Virus record (IMG/VR): IMGVR_UViG_3300025809_001850
DNA length: 64,000 nucleotides
Direction: 5' to 3' (one strand)
Source: a virus
Lineage: Duplodnaviria; Caudoviricetes
This document shows, in pieces, positions 57,861-64,000 of this stretch (the stretch's first letter is position 1; every line of letters starts with the position of its first letter). The notes under the pieces were generated by a model. That model worked only from the letters and a program-made list of their open reading frames with translations, was not told the DNA's origin and did not search any database. The position numbers were made by a program, and so were the translations under genes.

Positions 57861-60800
57861 ATGATAAAGAGTTTACGTGTATCAGATAAAACCGTCAGAA
57901 AATTTAAATCAGTTAAATCATGGAGGTACTCCACAATTGACTCCATGTCTGATTTAATGCTTGAGCAAACACAAACAGACGGAACTAAAATCGCACTGAG
58001 TATAAACACAAATCAATCGATTGCGCTTGAGCAAGCATCAAATACCACAAAAGTAAAAGTAAAATTTGGTAAGAATATGCAAGATAGATTTTATCCAGAT
58101 TCACATGAGTTTCATAATCCAACAACCGAACTAAAAAACACAGACGGGTCTTACTACAGAACAGTTTATTCTTCGGTTAAGCATTTATTCTATAACAAAT
58201 ATGGAATATATGATAACGAAGATGAAATTAAAAACCCGTTGATGGTTTTTGGTTCGGAAACAGGACACTACAAAACAACAGGTGACACAGGTGATGTACT
58301 AAGAGATAGTTCAGACCGATACGAAACCAGACGATTAACTGATAATGTATTGGTAATTGAATTTGCTAAATCTCAGTTTGGTGAAAAAATAAAACCCAAC
58401 AACTTTAAGATTACCGATTATAGTTCCCCATACGGAACTATTGAAATTGTTGATGATGGTTGTACAAACCTAGTCGTTAGTAACTCTTCGTTCAATGAAA
58501 TAACAGAGATATCTCATTCTAATTCCGATAAAATTGAAAATCCTGATAAATCAACAACATTCGATTCAAGTATGTTGTCGTTCGGAAAAAATATATCAGC
58601 TGAAGGTGATTATGTATTATCGGGAAGTCCAATGGATCAAGATTCACCGTCTGACTTTTTGGCAGGAAACGCATCTTTATTCAAGTACGATGTAACACAA
58701 AAACAATTTAGGTTGATTAGAAAGTTTAAGTGTCCATTTACTCAAGAAGGTCTGTTGTATGAATCTAAACAAAACTCTGATGGATTTTTAGTCACCGAGC
58801 TTGGAAATTTGGTAGCATCTGAAGATTACTCAATGAACGATAACTTTGGAGATGCGGTTGAATTACAAAATGGAACGTGTGCAATTGGCAGTTCTCGTTC
58901 CCACATAACATCTGCTTGCAACGAGTCAAGGCAAGGTCATGTATTCATATACGATATAAACAAGGGAGGAACAGAGCATTGGGGCCTTGTAAACATTTTA
59001 GAGGGAACTCCTGCATCAGAATTCGGTGCATCTATATCCGTTAGTGGAAATTTAATGGCAATTGGTGCTCCTGGTATGTACCACTGCGAAGGAGCAATAT
59101 ATATTTTTGAAAAGACAGTTCGTGATAAAACAACCCCTTGGTACAGAATATCAGACTCACATGATGATTTTTGTTTCAATGAACGTTCTGATAATTTTCT
59201 TGGGTTTCCTGTTTGCGACAAACTAGAAGAGTTGAACAAAACGATACACAGATGGAAAGTTGAATCTGCCACACCCGATGAATATCCACTGACTTACTTT
59301 TCTAATGATGAAGATATTTGTGAAGAACAAGAAATTGTTACATTTGACAATGAATCAGTTTCATCTCATGGATACGACACAAAACTACCTGTGTCAACAT
59401 ATCACGAATTTGAAAAGGGTCGTTATAGTCCAAAATATTCAGAGGGTGATGTAACTTGGAAACTCGTTACTATTGTCCGTCTTCCTGGAAGTAATATGCT
59501 TGGTCAAAAGGTTAAACTGAAAGGAAATTTGTTGGTTTCGTCTACACCTGATACAAGAACTCAAGATGTTTATGTATTCAAGAAACGAGTTAGTGAAACA
59601 TCTGGATGTGAAATGTGGGAACATACTCAAAAAATTAATCACGACAAAATTTACAATTATGATAGAAATCAACTATCATTGGGGGATGGAATTGAAAATG
59701 TGGTGTATCAACTAAACAGAAGTTCTATAACACTTCGTGTTGTCAATAAACCAGCAAATACTTCTAGTGTTGGTTTTGTTTGGAACTTAAATAAAGTCTT
59801 CGGCCAAGGTGAGGACATATATCAAACTAAGATTATGCACGGAGGTACTGTAAATGAAACCGATGAGTTAACTTTAAAAGATTTACCTTACGGTGATCAT
59901 GTGCTATACATAGGAAGGTATGACGGTGATATGTTGGTGGGAAACCCAACTGCGTTAAAGTTCTCCATCAATCCCACACTTGTAACTCCTGCATTACGAC
60001 CAACTCAGGTTAAATATCCATTTTCATATAACGAAACTAACTCTAGAAATTTTGGAATATCACTAGACACAAATGGTAGTCACTTATTCATAGGAGATGA
60101 CCGAGACCGAGAATATTCCGATTCGGATTTCAATTCAGTATTTAAAAAGACATTCAACGCAGGTGCTGTATATTTCTATAAAATAGAAGATACTTCGGTT
60201 GAGTTTATTAAAAAAATATATGAAGATGATGACGATGAACGACGTTATTCAAGTGGGTTTGGGTGTAGTTTATCTTTGTTAGGAAAGGATATACTGATAG
60301 GATCACCTTGCATCGAGCAAACTAAAATATCTATAATTGATAACGGAGCAAGTTTTGTTATACCTGACTTTTCATACGGTGTTGACAATAATGAAGAAAC
60401 TACCTTTATAGTTGGTCAATCTTTGTTTACTAAATTTGAACATGAATTTATTGGTGATGGTTACGTTGATTTAAAAATGATAATTGATGTTGCTTCTATT
60501 GATGCATTATCTATTGACTCAATTGATGATTTTGAGGTTAAGGCTTCCTTTTTATCAAAAGAACCAAGTAGAGTAGACGGTAAGTATGGTTCTTTTACCC
60601 GTGGTATTTATCGTGACAAAACTGAATACGATGGTCGCAATATAATATTTCATTTAAAAATTATTGGTCACGACTTTAATCCGGACGAAGAAATTGAGTT
60701 TATATATTACATACACAGAAACAGCATCCAAGGAACTGCAACCTATTGCAAGATAAGTGGTGCTGATGAAATAACTAAAATTAAAAACATCAAAACTATA

Positions 60801-61967
60801 AAACAGAGAAACAATGTTATGGGTAGTTATGGAACATCTGTAGCACTTAGTTCTGAATTTATATATGTGGGAGAACCTGTCGTGGGTGACTGGCCAATTG
60901 ATCAAATTGGTGGATTTGATGCAGAAACATTTGTTTCATTTGATGGATGTTCTCATGTGTTTACCTCGGCAGGTGATATTGCATGGGGAAGTTTAGAAAA
61001 ACAAGATATATTTGTTGAAGGAAGTATCATCAGTTATGACATTCGTACTATTCGTGATAACGTAAGAATCCACGTCGGAAATATATTCTATAAAAACGGA
61101 ATTGCAGTTATCACCGAACTTGGAAATTATTTCAAACAGATGCTTACCAAAGGAGGCAACCGAGGATTTGAGGTTACCTATGATGGTGTAAATTCTATAT
61201 TTGAAAATGAAATAATATGTAAGGTTAATCCCAACGAGTTCAATGTAAGCACAAATCCAACATCAGTTACTTATTCAGATGTGCCATTTGATGTAACGGG
61301 TAGTCAAAGTTTTGATATCATAGATGTATCTTACATTTACCGATATATAATGGGTACATTCCGAAAAGTCGTAATCGAAAAAGATGAAACGGACGAAGTT
61401 TCAAATAGTTTTGTATTGGAGCAGGACTCTCACTGGCCCAATGAAGATGTATTGTTGAGTGAATCTGAAGATGTTATATTAATGAACACACTTTTGAATA
61501 TAACAAAAGACAATACTTTAAATTCTACCGAAGAACTTCAAATTCTTGAAAACATAGATAGACTGTTTAATATGGGTGCAGATGGTCTCGATGTTGATGG
61601 GGATGGTGTGGTTTCTTCAAACGATGCAAAATTACTTGCACGATATTTTGTGGGCAGAAAGGGTAGTGCATTGGTTGATGGTCTAATAAACCCACTAGAT
61701 ATGTCTATAACCCGTGCAAAACCATATGAAATAATTCAATATCTTGATACTAAAACAGGAAAAGACAGAGGCCGACGTATAATGAATGAATTTCTTGAAT
61801 ATGACGAAAAGGACCGAGATGACAAACGAGGTAGTTATCTTGCTCCCTATGTCACCACAATTGGATTATACGACGGACCAGACTTAGTTATGACTGCAAA
61901 ACTTGGTTCAGCTGTCAAAGTTGTTCCTAACTATCCCATAAATTTTTTGATAAAATACGACTCTTAA
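57861..61967 (+). CDS. tail protein with FG-GAP beta-propeller repeats and dockerin-like EF-hand pair
   Basis: FGDAVEL, FGASISVSGNLMAIGAPG, FGISLD, FGCSLSL...IGSP, YGTSVAL; DVDGDGVVSSNDAKLLARY; C-terminal YVTTIGLYDG..LVMTAKL. Confidence 0.75.
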   Translation: MIKSLRVSDKTVRKFKSVKSWRYSTIDSMSDLMLEQTQTDGTKIALSINTNQSIALEQASNTTKVKVKFGKNMQDRFYPDSHEFHNPTTELKNTDGSYYRTVYSSVKHLFYNKYGIYDNEDEIKNPLMVFGSETGHYKTTGDTGDVLRDSSDRYETRRLTDNVLVIEFAKSQFGEKIKPNNFKITDYSSPYGTIEIVDDGCTNLVVSNSSFNEITEISHSNSDKIENPDKSTTFDSSMLSFGKNISAEGDYVLSGSPMDQDSPSDFLAGNASLFKYDVTQKQFRLIRKFKCPFTQEGLLYESKQNSDGFLVTELGNLVASEDYSMNDNFGDAVELQNGTCAIGSSRSHITSACNESRQGHVFIYDINKGGTEHWGLVNILEGTPASEFGASISVSGNLMAIGAPGMYHCEGAIYIFEKTVRDKTTPWYRISDSHDDFCFNERSDNFLGFPVCDKLEELNKTIHRWKVESATPDEYPLTYFSNDEDICEEQEIVTFDNESVSSHGYDTKLPVSTYHEFEKGRYSPKYSEGDVTWKLVTIVRLPGSNMLGQKVKLKGNLLVSSTPDTRTQDVYVFKKRVSETSGCEMWEHTQKINHDKIYNYDRNQLSLGDGIENVVYQLNRSSITLRVVNKPANTSSVGFVWNLNKVFGQGEDIYQTKIMHGGTVNETDELTLKDLPYGDHVLYIGRYDGDMLVGNPTALKFSINPTLVTPALRPTQVKYPFSYNETNSRNFGISLDTNGSHLFIGDDRDREYSDSDFNSVFKKTFNAGAVYFYKIEDTSVEFIKKIYEDDDDERRYSSGFGCSLSLLGKDILIGSPCIEQTKISIIDNGASFVIPDFSYGVDNNEETTFIVGQSLFTKFEHEFIGDGYVDLKMIIDVASIDALSIDSIDDFEVKASFLSKEPSRVDGKYGSFTRGIYRDKTEYDGRNIIFHLKIIGHDFNPDEEIEFIYYIHRNSIQGTATYCKISGADEITKIKNIKTIKQRNNVMGSYGTSVALSSEFIYVGEPVVGDWPIDQIGGFDAETFVSFDGCSHVFTSAGDIAWGSLEKQDIFVEGSIISYDIRTIRDNVRIHVGNIFYKNGIAVITELGNYFKQMLTKGGNRGFEVTYDGVNSIFENEIICKVNPNEFNVSTNPTSVTYSDVPFDVTGSQSFDIIDVSYIYRYIMGTFRKVVIEKDETDEVSNSFVLEQDSHWPNEDVLLSESEDVILMNTLLNITKDNTLNSTEELQILENIDRLFNMGADGLDVDGDGVVSSNDAKLLARYFVGRKGSALVDGLINPLDMSITRAKPYEIIQYLDTKTGKDRGRRIMNEFLEYDEKDRDDKRGSYLAPYVTTIGLYDGPDLVMTAKLGSAVKVVPNYPINFLIKYDS

Positions 61968-62019
61968 ACTTTTTTTTTAATATTTATTAACATACAAACC
62001 TTAAATTGGAGATTTAACT

Positions 62020-62541
62020 ATGATTACAACACCACCACCAACCGGATTCAGAGACTTTAAGACTCAAGAAGATAGAGCATCAAACAAACTTTCTTTAGAA
62101 AAACGACTACTTGATTATGATACAATGTATCGTCAATCAGCACCAAGTCCATCAGGAAAAGGTGCACCTGGTATTGATGATCAAACAAAAGGCGCAGAAG
62201 GAGAAGGAGCAAACTTTTTCGGATATGGTAGTAAAACTACTACAAATCCATTTGGTGGAGGTGACACAGGTAGTTTGGTATCAAATGCTAATGCGACTGG
62301 TTCGGTAAAAATTAAAGGTTTCACTACCAAAAAGAGTGCCGGTAACAAAGTATCTGATTATGGTCACGGAAAACCAGGTGATGCAGCTGATGCCAGTTTT
62401 TATCGTGATGGTAAGATTGATTCATCAAAAGACAAATATTCTAGTTATATATCAGGTTTCACAGGAACCCAACGACAACAAGACGGTGGTGATACTGCCG
62501 GCCGTTCTCGTTCAGGTGTTGGTAACTCCAACTCCAGATAA
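62020..62541 (+). CDS. Gly/Ser-rich hypothetical protein
   Basis: 173 aa; ATATTTAT at 61980 and GGGAG SD-like sequence upstream. Confidence 0.7.
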   Translation: MITTPPPTGFRDFKTQEDRASNKLSLEKRLLDYDTMYRQSAPSPSGKGAPGIDDQTKGAEGEGANFFGYGSKTTTNPFGGGDTGSLVSNANATGSVKIKGFTTKKSAGNKVSDYGHGKPGDAADASFYRDGKIDSSKDKYSSYISGFTGTQRQQDGGDTAGRSRSGVGNSNSR

Positions 62542-62548
62542 ATTAATA

Positions 62549-62577
62549 TTGCTTTTTTTTAATATTTGGTGTACATT
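62549..62577 (+). promoter_or_regulatory. sigma70-type promoter
   Basis: TTGCTT, 17 bp, TACATT; ATG 5 nt downstream. Confidence 0.55.
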
Positions 62578-62582
62578 AGTGT

Positions 62583-63110
62583 ATGTCAAATAATAATATC
62601 TCCCTTGGACTTGATATAAGCTCAACCACTATAGGTTATTGCTTTTCCTCTTCTAAGAACAAAATAAACCAAGCAGGTTTTATAGCCGTTCATAAAGAAA
62701 TATCCATAAGAAGCAAGGCACATAAGGTTGCAGACGAATTGAAACAGATTCAACTGCAACCTTCTGATGTAATTGTAGAAGATTCATTGAGTGGGTTTGG
62801 TGGGGGTCGGACAAGTCAACAGACTATAGTCAAACTTGCCAAGTGCAATGCCATAATAAGTTATGTGGTAGAAGAGATGTATAATCTTGAGGTACAACAC
62901 GTAAATGTGTCTACTATGCGTAAATCTGTGTTTGGTAAAAGCAGAGAAAAAGGATTGGATAGTAAAATATTCGTAAAGAACAACTTAGATAATATGCTTG
63001 ATTTATCTGAATTTACCTTCTATAATAGTAGGCAGAATTATGATAAAAAAAACTATGATATGCTTGATGCCGTGGTGGCATCGTTGCACTATTGGTATTC
63101 GTTAAAGTAG
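62583..63110 (+). CDS. RuvC-like Holliday junction resolvase
   Basis: LGLDISSTTIGY, VIVED, DMLDAVV acidic RNase H-fold residues. Confidence 0.8.
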   Translation: MSNNNISLGLDISSTTIGYCFSSSKNKINQAGFIAVHKEISIRSKAHKVADELKQIQLQPSDVIVEDSLSGFGGGRTSQQTIVKLAKCNAIISYVVEEMYNLEVQHVNVSTMRKSVFGKSREKGLDSKIFVKNNLDNMLDLSEFTFYNSRQNYDKKNYDMLDAVVASLHYWYSLK

Positions 63111-64000
63111 TGGGGGTTTCTGAACAAAAACTTCTTAATCTTTTACAAAAAATATTGGGAAGTGGCAAAGTCGTCTCTAAGGACGAGGTAATGTTTGTGT
63201 GTCCGTTTTCTCATCACAGAAAACCAAAACTGGCAGTAAACCTAACAACTCAACGGTGGCAAAGTTGGATTGATACAAATGCCAAAGGACGAAGTATTTA
63301 TTCATTATTTAAACGTCTGCAAGTTCCTGGTAACTATTTCACAGAACTTTCTAAAATTGTAAAACTTCCCAAGAACATAAAACCAGAAAATGCAGAAGAA
63401 CAATTTGTATCGTTGCCATATGAGTTTAAAAAACTAACCGAAACACATACCGAATTTGCATATAAGCAGGCCTTGGCATATCTTAAAAAAAGAAACATCG
63501 GTTCATATGATATAGAACGATACGACATGGGATATTGTGCAAACGGAGATTATGCAGGAAGAATAATAGTTCCCTCGTATGACGCAGATAATAAGTTGAA
63601 TTATTTTCTTGCTAGAGATTTTACCGGCAATGCGTATTTAAAATACAAAAACCCACCAGTTAGTAAAGATGTGGTTGTGTTTGAAAATCAAATAGATTTT
63701 TCTGAACCACTTGTTTTTTGTGAAGGTGTGTTTGATGCAATGGCCATTCGTAGAAATGCAATTGCACTGTTGGGAAAAAACATACCAAGTAAATTGAAAA
63801 TGCGACTGATAGAACACGGGGTAACTGAAGTTAGCATTGTATTGGATAACGATGCGTATAAAAACGCATTGGCAATGTCCGAGTCGTTGATGAACGATAA
63901 TATTAGAGTTAAGTTGATTAAAATGGGAAACGAAGATGCAGCGGACATTGGGTTTAATAAAATTATTCAAAGAATCAAGAGTGCAACTCTTCTTGATTTT
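63110..64000 (+). CDS. DnaG-type DNA primase (5' part; runs off the window; not in ORF track)
   Basis: GTG at 63110, frame open to the window end; CPFSHHRKPKL, YLKKRNI, GRIIVPSYD, KYKNPP, TOPRIM CEGVFDA and LDND. Confidence 0.9.
   Translation, partial: MGVSEQKLLNLLQKILGSGKVVSKDEVMFVCPFSHHRKPKLAVNLTTQRWQSWIDTNAKGRSIYSLFKRLQVPGNYFTELSKIVKLPKNIKPENAEEQFVSLPYEFKKLTETHTEFAYKQALAYLKKRNIGSYDIERYDMGYCANGDYAGRIIVPSYDADNKLNYFLARDFTGNAYLKYKNPPVSKDVVVFENQIDFSEPLVFCEGVFDAMAIRRNAIALLGKNIPSKLKMRLIEHGVTEVSIVLDNDAYKNALAMSESLMNDNIRVKLIKMGNEDAADIGFNKIIQRIKSATLLDF

Noticed and set aside
1-64000. Stop-codon reassignment as seen in some jumbo phages
   Set aside because: TAA, TAG and TGA all end genes cleanly at coupled junctions, and very long ORFs are intact under code 11.
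1-64000. Eukaryotic giant virus (NCLDV) or bacterial chromosome origin
   Set aside because: Contractile-tail baseplate genes, a gp55-like sigma, sigma70 promoters and DnaG primase point to a bacteriophage; no rRNA or housekeeping operons.
37129-64000. Introns, inteins or homing endonucleases in the structural and replication genes
   Set aside because: No LAGLIDADG, HNH, GIY-YIG or intein terminal motifs seen; the gp5 insertion is low-complexity, not intein-like.

Overview
64 kb from a large, AT-rich, T4-like jumbo myophage read in standard code 11. Evidence: gp5/gp25/gp6/gp7-like baseplate genes, a gp55-like sigma factor, DnaG primase, a RuvC-like resolvase, PhoH, Hsp20, and five CCA-encoding tRNAs. 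Layout: (+) 1-7800 has tRNAs, putative head-cargo proteins, an esterase-GDPD fusion and two paralogous PD-(D/E)xK-like proteins. (-) 7806-25595 has a tightly coupled five-gene operon (2OG-Fe(II) oxygenase fusion, Cys-His-Asp protein, fold-type II PLP enzyme, two tandem SPPY methyltransferase-fold paralogs), then nucleotide-sugar enzymes and five glycosyltransferase-like genes. (+) 25642-64000 has PhoH, structural genes, HD and Hsp20 genes, a membrane protein whose Pro/Thr-repeat tail lies in the -1 frame behind an A10 run, the sigma factor, the baseplate/tail module, the resolvase and the 5' part of primase. Best candidate new system: the five-gene operon as an uncharacterised DNA (hyper)modification pathway, possibly paired with the two convergent nuclease-like genes. 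All family calls come from motif recognition by eye; no database searches were run.
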